Assembly (NCBI GenBank): GCA_965220355.1
Contig: OZ244820.1
Span: forward strand, 91,319 to 155,318
DNA from: Dehalococcoidia bacterium
GTDB lineage: Bacteria > Chloroflexota > Dehalococcoidia > Lucifugimonadales > Lucifugimonadaceae
Reading direction: 5' to 3'
DNA length: 64,000 nucleotides
Positions 57,061 to 64,000 of this stretch are shown here, piece after piece. Position 1 is the first letter of the stretch. The number at the start of each line of letters is the position of its first letter. The notes below the pieces were generated by a model. The model was not told where the DNA came from. It saw nothing but the letters and a program-made list of their open reading frames with translations, and searched no databases. The translations under genes were made by a program, and so were the position numbers.

Positions 57061-57152
57061 CCCCCTTTAATCCAAGGCGCGTCCACACTGGGCCTAGCTG
57101 CCTGTTCCGCGATCACCTTCGCCCTTGCCGCCCAGGCCTTTAGGTGGCAGTA
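57061..57152 (+). pseudogene. third copy of the ABC-2 permease 3' end (probable ancestral end)
   Basis: It translates in frame to LIQGASTLGLAACSAITFALAAQAFRWQ*, compared with FIQGASILGLAAWAIICFGLAVRAFRWE* in the intact gene. Its stop (57150-57152) overlaps the 3' end of the convergent hydrolase gene. Confidence 0.7.
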
Positions 57153-57967
57153 ACGCCCTGCACCAAATCACAATCGGCCAAAAACTCCTCCATCGCCGCG
57201 TAATACCCCTCCGGATCGTAGTAATCCGCCCCATTATGCGGCGCACCCTTGATCACGTAGAAACGCTTCGGCCCCCTCACCGCGTCGTACACCTTCCGAC
57301 CAGAATCAATCGACACGATCTCATCGAACTCCGAGTGCATCACCAGCACCGGACACAGTACGTCGCCAGCGTGAGACACCGTATCGAACCGGTTGTGAAT
57401 GAACCTCTCGATCGGCAAGAACCGCCACGGCGTCATCGTCTTCGCCAAATCCGGTATCGACGATATCGGACACTCCAATATCAAGGCGTCCGGCGACACC
57501 TCAGACGCCAACCTCGTTGCAACCGCACCTCCCAAGCTCCGACCGAAATAGACGATTGATGGACGTTCCTCAAAAGGCAGTCCGATCACATACTCATCGA
57601 TCCAACGCCGAGCCGCAATCGCGTCCATCGCAAATCCCTCCTCGCTCGGACTACCCTCGCTCAACCCATAACCTCGATACTCCATCGCAAAAATGTCGAT
57701 AAACCGGAATCGCGTCACGAACTCCCGATACTGGTCCAACCGAACGCTGATGTTCCCACCATTGCCATGCGTGATCAACATAACAATGCGACGTTGTGTC
57801 GGCTCCTCACTATCCTCACCCCTGATGAACCAAGCGTGCGTCTTCACGCCGTCATCAGCCGTCAACCATACGTCCTCGTACTCCAGGCCGACATGCGACG
57901 GGTCGCCCCGCAACTGTGGCTGCGGAAAGAAGATGAACGATGCTTCAAATGCGCTGGGCGTATGCAT
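57140..57967 (-). CDS. alpha/beta hydrolase
   Basis: LITHGNGGN, the YRGYGLSEG region and the nucleophile elbow GRSLGG are present. Confidence 0.8.
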   Translation of the reverse strand: MHTPSAFEASFIFFPQPQLRGDPSHVGLEYEDVWLTADDGVKTHAWFIRGEDSEEPTQRRIVMLITHGNGGNISVRLDQYREFVTRFRFIDIFAMEYRGYGLSEGSPSEEGFAMDAIAARRWIDEYVIGLPFEERPSIVYFGRSLGGAVATRLASEVSPDALILECPISSIPDLAKTMTPWRFLPIERFIHNRFDTVSHAGDVLCPVLVMHSEFDEIVSIDSGRKVYDAVRGPKRFYVIKGAPHNGADYYDPEGYYAAMEEFLADCDLVQGVTAT

Positions 57968-57991
57968 TTTTACTGTCGCCCACGCCGGGGC

Positions 57992-58774
57992 TTAGGCCCG
58001 ATGGACCTTCGGAACCTCAACCTTCATGTGCGTCATCGGCTTCCAACCTAGGTCGCGCTCAGCCTTAGATAGGTTGTGCTCAACGTGGTCCTCATCCCCG
58101 GCGATAAAGAAAGGTTCGAACGAACCGTGCCCAACCTGGACGAAGTTGGCCGCTGCCATGTAAGCATTCGCCAAGTCCTCCTCGTCAGTTACAAGTAGAG
58201 GCCGTGCGTCACTCGGGTCGACCTCATACGCCGCGCTCCGATAATCAATCCACTGCTCCCGAGTTCGCGGTCCCGTGATCCGCAACGCCGCCAAATTCAT
58301 ATCGAAATGCCGCGCGAAATACCGGCATATCAACTCGCCGAAACCCTTCGACAATCCATAAGCGCTCGGCGTATCCAACGGCACCTCGTCTTCCGACGCA
58401 TACCAGTCGCGATATCGAAAGTGAACGCTCATCGTGCTCGTGTAGACGCCGTTCCGCAACCCGTTGTTGTAACCCGTCCACAAGAACAGATGCAAACCCA
58501 TGTTGTTTACCGTGTAGTTCTCCCGGATCACCTTCTCATCTTGGTCCGTCACCGAACCTCCCTGCGGACTCTGCATCACCAACCAGATGAAGGTATCGAC
58601 CCCATCAACCGCCTCCTTGATCGCACCCGTATCTGTAACTGACCCCTGCACGAACTCAACTCCATCATGCCGCGGCGGCACCAAATCGAACACCCGCAGA
58701 TCATGCACCTCCCGAAGATAAGGAGTGATAAACGTCCCGACGTGCCCAGAACCGCCGACTAGGAGAATTTTCAT
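57992..58774 (-). CDS. NAD(P)-dependent epimerase/dehydratase family protein
   Basis: MKILLVGGSGHVGTFI is a Rossmann motif. Confidence 0.8.
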   Translation of the reverse strand: MKILLVGGSGHVGTFITPYLREVHDLRVFDLVPPRHDGVEFVQGSVTDTGAIKEAVDGVDTFIWLVMQSPQGGSVTDQDEKVIRENYTVNNMGLHLFLWTGYNNGLRNGVYTSTMSVHFRYRDWYASEDEVPLDTPSAYGLSKGFGELICRYFARHFDMNLAALRITGPRTREQWIDYRSAAYEVDPSDARPLLVTDEEDLANAYMAAANFVQVGHGSFEPFFIAGDEDHVEHNLSKAERDLGWKPMTHMKVEVPKVHRA

Positions 58775-58878
58775 GGCCGATTTGCCTCGCCTCGGTTGGT
58801 TGATAGTCTGCGGTGGATTATACGGCGATGCGCGCTCCGCCCCACAACCATCTCGATCACGAGTAGATTCGTCTCTTC

Positions 58879-59262
58879 CTACGTGGAAACGGCCGAGGGT
58901 TCGGCAACATCGACCTCGACTCCATCTGTGGATGCTGCACCGTTTACACGCGTCTCATCCTCATCCGCAGGCGATTGATCATCCGGAACAGGTTCAAAAC
59001 TAATCCTCAACCGCGTACCTGTGGCTTTGGCGTACTTGGAAAGCGTCTTCATCGACGGATTCGACCTACCACCCTCAAGCCGAGCCACCGCCGATTGCGT
59101 GGTCTTCATTCGCTCGGCAAGCTCTGATTGAGTCAGCGCCGCACCGGCCCGCGCGCCAATCAAAGCGCCCACGAGTTGATAAACCTCGCCGGATGCTTCA
59201 TGCGCTTCGCGGTACGCACTTGATTTCATCATGTCTTTGTGCAGATCTTCGATGTACGTCAT
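58879..59262 (-). CDS. XRE-family HTH antitoxin (HigA-like)
   Basis: The HTH is LTQSELAERMKTTQSAVARLEGG. There is an ATGA overlap with the upstream toxin gene. Confidence 0.8.
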   Translation of the reverse strand: MTYIEDLHKDMMKSSAYREAHEASGEVYQLVGALIGARAGAALTQSELAERMKTTQSAVARLEGGRSNPSMKTLSKYAKATGTRLRISFEPVPDDQSPADEDETRVNGAASTDGVEVDVAEPSAVST

Positions 59263-59594
59263 TTCTCGATCTCCCTTGCGCGGCGCAGAGCCAAAGCAAT
59301 CTCGCGTCTCGGTGTTCGTTGCGACTTTTTGACAAATGCCCTCAATATGACGACTCGACGTTCACGAACGGTCACGTATAGAGCCCGCGCGATGCCGCTT
59401 CGCCCTCTCAAACGAATCTCCCACAGCGCACCAGACAAATGCCGGACATGCGGCATGCTGACGAACTCGATACCGTGATTCTCGATCAATCGGGAGATCC
59501 GGACGAATTCATTGATCATATCGTCAGGTAACGATCTGATCTCCCTGCGAACCGTCGCGTTGACAATCTCAACAGTCCACCTATTCGAAACCAT
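59259..59594 (-). CDS. RelE/HigB superfamily toxin (phage Gp49-like)
   Basis: The 111-aa product contains ...LWEIRLRGRSGIARALYVTVRERRVVILRAFVKKSQRTP, typical of the family. The gene order is toxin first. Confidence 0.75.
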   Translation of the reverse strand: MVSNRWTVEIVNATVRREIRSLPDDMINEFVRISRLIENHGIEFVSMPHVRHLSGALWEIRLRGRSGIARALYVTVRERRVVILRAFVKKSQRTPRREIALALRRAREIEK

Positions 59595-59696
59595 AATATA
59601 TCACTTCTGCTATATTGACGCGTGCCAAGGCGATCACGTCCTGCCGTGAAAAAACGTCCAACTCCGAACCCTACCTCAACGTCCGATTTACGCCAA

Positions 59697-60101
59697 CTAA
59701 GAGTGGCGAAGGCTTCGTCTACGCGTAACCTCAACTCTCGCCTCAGCCTTCCCAAACCCGGCCAGCGCCAACGGCTTAAACACCTCAACCCTCACCGAAG
59801 TGATGCACGAATGCGTCTCCAGAACCGCCTGCGCGATCCGGTCCGCCAACGTCTCCACCAAACGGTATTCCGCCTCCGTCGCCACCTCAGCCGCTTTGAT
59901 ACAGGGCGTTCGATAATCCAGCGCATCCGACAAATCATCCGAATTCGCCGCCGCCGAGAAGTCGCCCCGCAACTCGATATCCACCACCACCCTCTGCGGC
60001 ATCCGACGTTCCCAATCCTCGACACCCACGACGCAGCGCAACTCCAAGCCGCGGATCATCAGCCGATCCCTACCATCGCGTGATCCTTCCGAGATACTCA
60101 T
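59697..60101 (-). CDS. folB: dihydroneopterin aldolase
   Basis: DRLMIRGLELRCVVGVEDWERRMPQRVVVDIEL is present. Confidence 0.85.
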   Translation of the reverse strand: MSISEGSRDGRDRLMIRGLELRCVVGVEDWERRMPQRVVVDIELRGDFSAAANSDDLSDALDYRTPCIKAAEVATEAEYRLVETLADRIAQAVLETHSCITSVRVEVFKPLALAGFGKAEARVEVTRRRSLRHS

Positions 60102-61693
60102 GGTTCGATGCTACCCGCGAGCCGCTCAATGATGCCGAGCACCACCGCGACGGCCTGACCCATCGGTTCGGCGTTAAGGTGCTCGATGGTGTCCGACGGA
60201 TGGTTGATGTAAGTCAAGTCATCAGCGTAGACCATCACAACCGAAACGCCTAATTCGTCGAACGGCGCATGGTCCGATGACGCCCCGTCGAGACCATCCG
60301 TCGCGTTGATCTCGATATTCAACGCTTCCGCCGCATCAATCGCATATTCAATCAGCGATTCAGAACCCAACGCCGACAGTTCACCGGTTGCTACAACATC
60401 AAGGTTGATCATCGCCTCGATTCGACCAAGCTGCGACACCGAAAGGTCGTTCGCATAGTAGGTGCTACCGTGCAACCCCGTCTCTTCCGAACCGAAGAAT
60501 ACGAAGCGCAGATCGAACGGAAGCTCGTCGTCCGCCAACTCGTCCGCCACCACCATCGCCGCCGCGACACCGCTCCCGTTATCGTTCGCACCCGATGACC
60601 AAGGCGTCGTGTCGTAGTGCGCGCCGACCAAAACCACTTGGTCCCCATCGATATCGTTGTTCAACTCCGCGATCACGTTACGAGAAGGCCCATTGCCCAG
60701 CGGATAGACAATCAACTCCACATCAAACTCCTCGCCGTCTTCAAGCGCGTCGAACAAGAGTCCACCGTCGACACGAGTTATGCTGCTCGCCAAGATGTCG
60801 GGATCGCCGTCGAGTTGACCTCGGAAATAATACCTCGGCTCGTTGTTGTAAACTACCGCCGCAATCGCACCGTTCTCCGCCGCGTTCGTCTCCTTCTCCT
60901 CGAATGAGATCTCGCCGCGACCCATCAACGCGATCTTCCCTTCGACATCTAAACCCTCGAAATCCTCATCCGAACCCAAACCGACATCGACAAGCTCACC
61001 TTCAACAATCCCAACCTTTAACGGTTCGAAGGGCAGCACCGGTATACGAGCCGTGTTTCCATCGCGACGCCTAAACGTCACGTCCAGCTCGTCGCCGTCT
61101 TCATCGGGCAAAACCTCCAACGATCCAGACGCCCACGCCTCGGTCACTTCGAATTCCTGCACCGACGTCTCGTAACCCAACCGATCCATCGCGCCAGACA
61201 AGAACATCGCGGCTTCCAACTCTTCATCGGTAGCGCTTTGCCTTGGACTATGTTCGTCCGCCAACGTAAGCGCCATGCCGTAGGCCCTGTACCCCAGCTT
61301 ATCCAGACGCGCAGCGTTGTATGCCGCTTCGGTGGTTGACGCCTCATCGAGCGTCGGAGTCGGAGAAGCTGCATAAACAATCGTCGGAATCGGAGTCGCC
61401 GTCGCGTTGGGCATCAGCGTCGCGGTCGGAACCACAGCTGTTGATACCGGCGCAGTCGACGTTGGACGCACAACAGAAACCACCGCCGCTGTAGGTTCGG
61501 GCGATGGAACGATCATCGGAACCGCCTCAACAGTCGCAGTCGCCGGGGCAACGGCAGTCGGAGCAACCGTCGCAACCACCGCCGCAGTAGGTTCCGGCGT
61601 AGATTCTGACGAACACGCCGCGAACCCGACCAACAACGCCGCCAAACCCGTTGCGAGCCCAACGCTGTAAAGCAAATGTCTTCGAAGTTCCAT
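60098..61693 (-). CDS. M28 family metallopeptidase lipoprotein with PA domain
   Basis: The lipobox is GFAACS. A Thr/Pro/Ala-rich linker follows. Motifs VLVGAHYDT, NDNGSGVAA, FVFFGSEETGLHGS and SDHAPF are present. ATG at 61693 is preferred (the ORF track gives 61717). Confidence 0.8.
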   Translation of the reverse strand: MELRRHLLYSVGLATGLAALLVGFAACSSESTPEPTAAVVATVAPTAVAPATATVEAVPMIVPSPEPTAAVVSVVRPTSTAPVSTAVVPTATLMPNATATPIPTIVYAASPTPTLDEASTTEAAYNAARLDKLGYRAYGMALTLADEHSPRQSATDEELEAAMFLSGAMDRLGYETSVQEFEVTEAWASGSLEVLPDEDGDELDVTFRRRDGNTARIPVLPFEPLKVGIVEGELVDVGLGSDEDFEGLDVEGKIALMGRGEISFEEKETNAAENGAIAAVVYNNEPRYYFRGQLDGDPDILASSITRVDGGLLFDALEDGEEFDVELIVYPLGNGPSRNVIAELNNDIDGDQVVLVGAHYDTTPWSSGANDNGSGVAAAMVVADELADDELPFDLRFVFFGSEETGLHGSTYYANDLSVSQLGRIEAMINLDVVATGELSALGSESLIEYAIDAAEALNIEINATDGLDGASSDHAPFDELGVSVVMVYADDLTYINHPSDTIEHLNAEPMGQAVAVVLGIIERLAGSIEP

Positions 61694-61748
61694 CACGCAG
61701 CCAGTTTCAATTATCAAGACCCTGAATCTTCATACGAACGCGGGTAAA

Positions 61749-62771
61749 GTGATGTTTGGTAATCAACCAAGAATCGAGATCGGCGCCAGAAGTTTGAACC
61801 GAATAGAGACACCACACACCTTCGCCGGAAATCCTATCGACCGCGGTGACGTGCTGAGACGCGACGAGGCCGAAATCGCCGAGTTAATGTGCTCGGAAAA
61901 TGCTCATGTTCTGATCCTCGCCGGACTAGACCCCCTGATTTCCACAACCCACGATTCATCGGCCAAACTTGGCTGGCTCAGCTACAAGTCCGCCAACAAT
62001 CTGGTTGAAACCGAACAAAAACTCACCACATTCCTTGGTGTCAACCCCGATGGCGACCCGCTGGTCGCATGGAACACCAAAGGCAGCGCCCGCCATGGCT
62101 CAGAACAGATCTCTGATGCCAAGGCGTCAAAACTCGGACTCGAGCTCTGCGACGCCCGCGAGTCCGCAATGATGCTCTCCGGTTCCGAAACCGGAATCCT
62201 CTCACAAGCAAGGGCCAACCTCGGATGGCACTCAACTCACCAATTCTGCGCACGATGCGGCGACCCCACCGAGATGCGACGCGGCGGACTCATGCGACAG
62301 TGCACCGGGTGCTCCGCCCAGCACTTCCCACGCACCGACCCGGTCATCATCACAGTAGTCACGGACGGCGATCGCTGCCTGCTCGGTCAGTCCGCCGGCC
62401 GCCTCAGCGCGATGAAGATGTACTCCGCACTCGCCGGATTCATGGACCACGGCGAATCCATGGAAGAAGCGGTCCGACGCGAAGTAAAAGAAGAAGCCGG
62501 CATCACCGTGGGTCGTGTCCAATACCACTCCACACAGCCTTGGCCATTCCCATCATCCCTCATGATCGGCAGCCACTCCGAAGCAATATCTACCGACATA
62601 GCAATGGACGACTTCGAGATGACAGACGTCCGATGGTTCGACCGCGACGAGGTCAAGCTCGCGCTCGCCGAAAAAAGCGAAGCCCTGCGAGTGCCGGGAC
62701 CAATCGCCATCGCCCATCACCTCATCAAAGCATGGGCAACCGGAAAAGCAGGCAATTTCCGTACAAGTTAG
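61749..62771 (+). CDS. nudC: NAD+ diphosphatase (NADH pyrophosphatase) NudC-like
   Basis: The zinc ribbon is CARCGDPT...CTGC. The Nudix box is GFMDHGESMEEAVRREVKEEAGI, followed by SQPWPFPSSLM. The start is GTG at 61749 or ATG at 61752. Confidence 0.8.
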   Translation: MMFGNQPRIEIGARSLNRIETPHTFAGNPIDRGDVLRRDEAEIAELMCSENAHVLILAGLDPLISTTHDSSAKLGWLSYKSANNLVETEQKLTTFLGVNPDGDPLVAWNTKGSARHGSEQISDAKASKLGLELCDARESAMMLSGSETGILSQARANLGWHSTHQFCARCGDPTEMRRGGLMRQCTGCSAQHFPRTDPVIITVVTDGDRCLLGQSAGRLSAMKMYSALAGFMDHGESMEEAVRREVKEEAGITVGRVQYHSTQPWPFPSSLMIGSHSEAISTDIAMDDFEMTDVRWFDRDEVKLALAEKSEALRVPGPIAIAHHLIKAWATGKAGNFRTS

Positions 62772-62799
62772 ACATCAAACAAAGCAAAAACCGTCATCA

Positions 62800-63010
62800 C
62801 CAACACAACCCCCGGTCGCCGAACGAATACACCGTGATTACCAACAAACGCCCCTTTCGCAAAGCGAAGGGGGCGCGAAAGAGCGAAGCGATTTTCGCGG
62901 GGGATGCCCGCGCCAACCAACCACCCCATCCACAACAACCACCCCAAAACCTCCCCCTTGATGCCCAAGGGGCGCGTACCCCTCCCCTTTTTGCGCCAGC
63001 AAAAGGGGGT
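62800..63010. repeat. GC-rich dispersed-repeat element with multiple hairpins in the nudC-dehydratase spacer
   Basis: The sequence gcgaagggggcgcgaaagagcgaagcgattttcgcgggggatgcccg parallels 52394-52440 (gcgaaggggacgcgagcaagcggagcgtcgctcgcaggggatgtaca). Local hairpins include cccctttcgc/gcgaaggggg and ccccttttt-gcgccagc-aaaaggggg. Confidence 0.5.
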
Positions 63011-63028
63011 TCAGGAGGCTCTAAACCA

Positions 63029-64000
63029 ATGAAACTCAAAACCCTCCGAGCAGTCCACATCGACATCCCCCCGTCGCAACCCAAAACCCCAGCGCGCCGC
63101 GCCCCATGGCCCACAAAGTCGCCGCGCGCAATGCCAATAAACTTCTACCCTCAGTTCTCAAGGCTCCCCCAAGAGATGCCCGGCCATCGCGGGCTGTCCG
63201 AAGTCTGGGTCCAAGCCATCGCCGAAGACGGCACCTTCGGACTCGGCCACTGCTCCTTCGGTCAACCCGTCGCTTCCTACATCGACCACGTCATCGCACC
63301 TCTGCTCGAAGGCCAAAACTGCATGGCCATCGAACTCATGAACGACCTCGTCATGCGCGCCGGCCACCGACACGGACTCGCCGGCATCGTCGCCACCGCA
63401 ATGTCCGGAGTCGACATCGCACTCTGGGACCTCAAAGGAAAACTCCTAGACAGACCAGTCTACGAACTCCTCGGCGGACCCGTCCGAGACAAGATACCTC
63501 TCTACGCCACCGGCGACGACCTCGACTGGTTCCAAGAACTCGGCTTCACTCGCTTCAAAATCACCAACCCCGCCCACTACTCCCAAGGCGACGAAGGACT
63601 GCACCTCATCGAAGAGCACGTAGCCAAATCCCGCGAATTCGTCGGCGACCGCGCCGAACTCATGATCAACCCCGTGATGTCCTTCAACGTCGAGTTCACC
63701 CTCCGCCTCGCCGAACGACTCCGACCCTACAACCTCCGTTGGCTCGAAGAACCCCTACCGCCTCACGACATCGAAGGTCACGCAGAACTCAAGCGAAGCA
63801 TCACTTGGATACCCCTCGCCACCGGCGAAGACCACCGCGGCAGACACGCATTCGCCCAACTCATCGAACGCCGAGCCATCGACATCGTCCAACCCGACAT
63901 CGGCTGGAGCGGCGGCGTCACCGAAACCATGAAGGTCTACACCATCGCCGAGACCGCCGGCATCCAAACAATCCCCCACGGCGGCGGCGGAACCCCATGG
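63029..64000 (+). CDS. enolase-superfamily dehydratase, L-rhamnonate-dehydratase-like (3' end beyond the window)
   Basis: This ORF is not in the ORF track because it has no stop in the window. An aggagg RBS lies 9 nt before ATG 63029. Own translation: MKLKTLRAVHIDIPPSQPKTPARRAPW...VDIALWDLKGKLLDRPVYELLGG...WLEEPLPPHDIEGHAELK...ATGEDH...VQPDIGWSGG. Confidence 0.85.
   Translation, partial: MKLKTLRAVHIDIPPSQPKTPARRAPWPTKSPRAMPINFYPQFSRLPQEMPGHRGLSEVWVQAIAEDGTFGLGHCSFGQPVASYIDHVIAPLLEGQNCMAIELMNDLVMRAGHRHGLAGIVATAMSGVDIALWDLKGKLLDRPVYELLGGPVRDKIPLYATGDDLDWFQELGFTRFKITNPAHYSQGDEGLHLIEEHVAKSREFVGDRAELMINPVMSFNVEFTLRLAERLRPYNLRWLEEPLPPHDIEGHAELKRSITWIPLATGEDHRGRHAFAQLIERRAIDIVQPDIGWSGGVTETMKVYTIAETAGIQTIPHGGGGTPW

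Noticed and set aside
58879-59594. higBA-like (Gp49/RelE toxin plus XRE antitoxin) pair as a novel system
   Set aside because: It is a standard, well-known toxin-antitoxin architecture. It was annotated as features only, and I saw no flanking repeats.

Overview
This 64 kb window looks like a bacterial chromosome segment, moderately GC-rich by eye. No composition statistics were computed. The gene content (many enolase-superfamily, CaiB, SDR and NIPSNAP genes) resembles marine Chloroflexota/SAR202-type genomes, but that placement is only a guess.

The backbone is housekeeping and central metabolism:
- sucCD, gyrB, obg, nadD, pyrE, mutM and tRNA-Ser(UGA)
- folE, folB and queCD
- 2-oxoacid dehydrogenase E1 alpha/beta
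- a Fur-family regulator next to znuABC
- two ABC export systems, and assorted oxidoreductases and hydrolases

Several small accessory islets interrupt this backbone. Each is bounded by repeats that can be read directly in the sequence. The most interesting signals are:
1. The 3' end of an ABC-2 permease gene occurs three times (53551-53683, 56198-56328, 57061-57152). The copies bracket two integrase-less toxin-antitoxin/defence islets: HTH-ImmA/IrrE + DUF4411 + a brnT remnant/brnA, then vapBC. This looks like serial integration into a protein-gene 3' end.
2. A co-linear four-gene island lies at 27760-31849: DNA methyltransferase, PD-(D/E)xK endonuclease, a nucleoside-deoxyribosyltransferase-like protein, and Fic. 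The Fic gene sits inside 30-bp terminal inverted repeats (28/30 matching) built from a motif that recurs five times.
3. A lipoprotein DipZ/ResA-like redoxin carries an in-frame TGA exactly at the first Cys of its CxxC motif. It is a probable UxxC selenoprotein.
4. A MacAB-like exporter has a 1103-aa adaptor. Its coiled-coil arms are about 290 and 260 residues long, with a roughly 130-aa non-coiled insert at the tip.
5. A Panacea (DUF4065) cassette and a PIN cassette are each flanked by imperfect direct repeats.
6. An orphan beta-class DNA methyltransferase sits next to an AAA ATPase with a PD-(D/E)xK-like C-terminus. An array of about 23-bp tandem repeats separates them.

All calls come from reading the translations and the sequence by eye. 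No database searches or folding programs were run.
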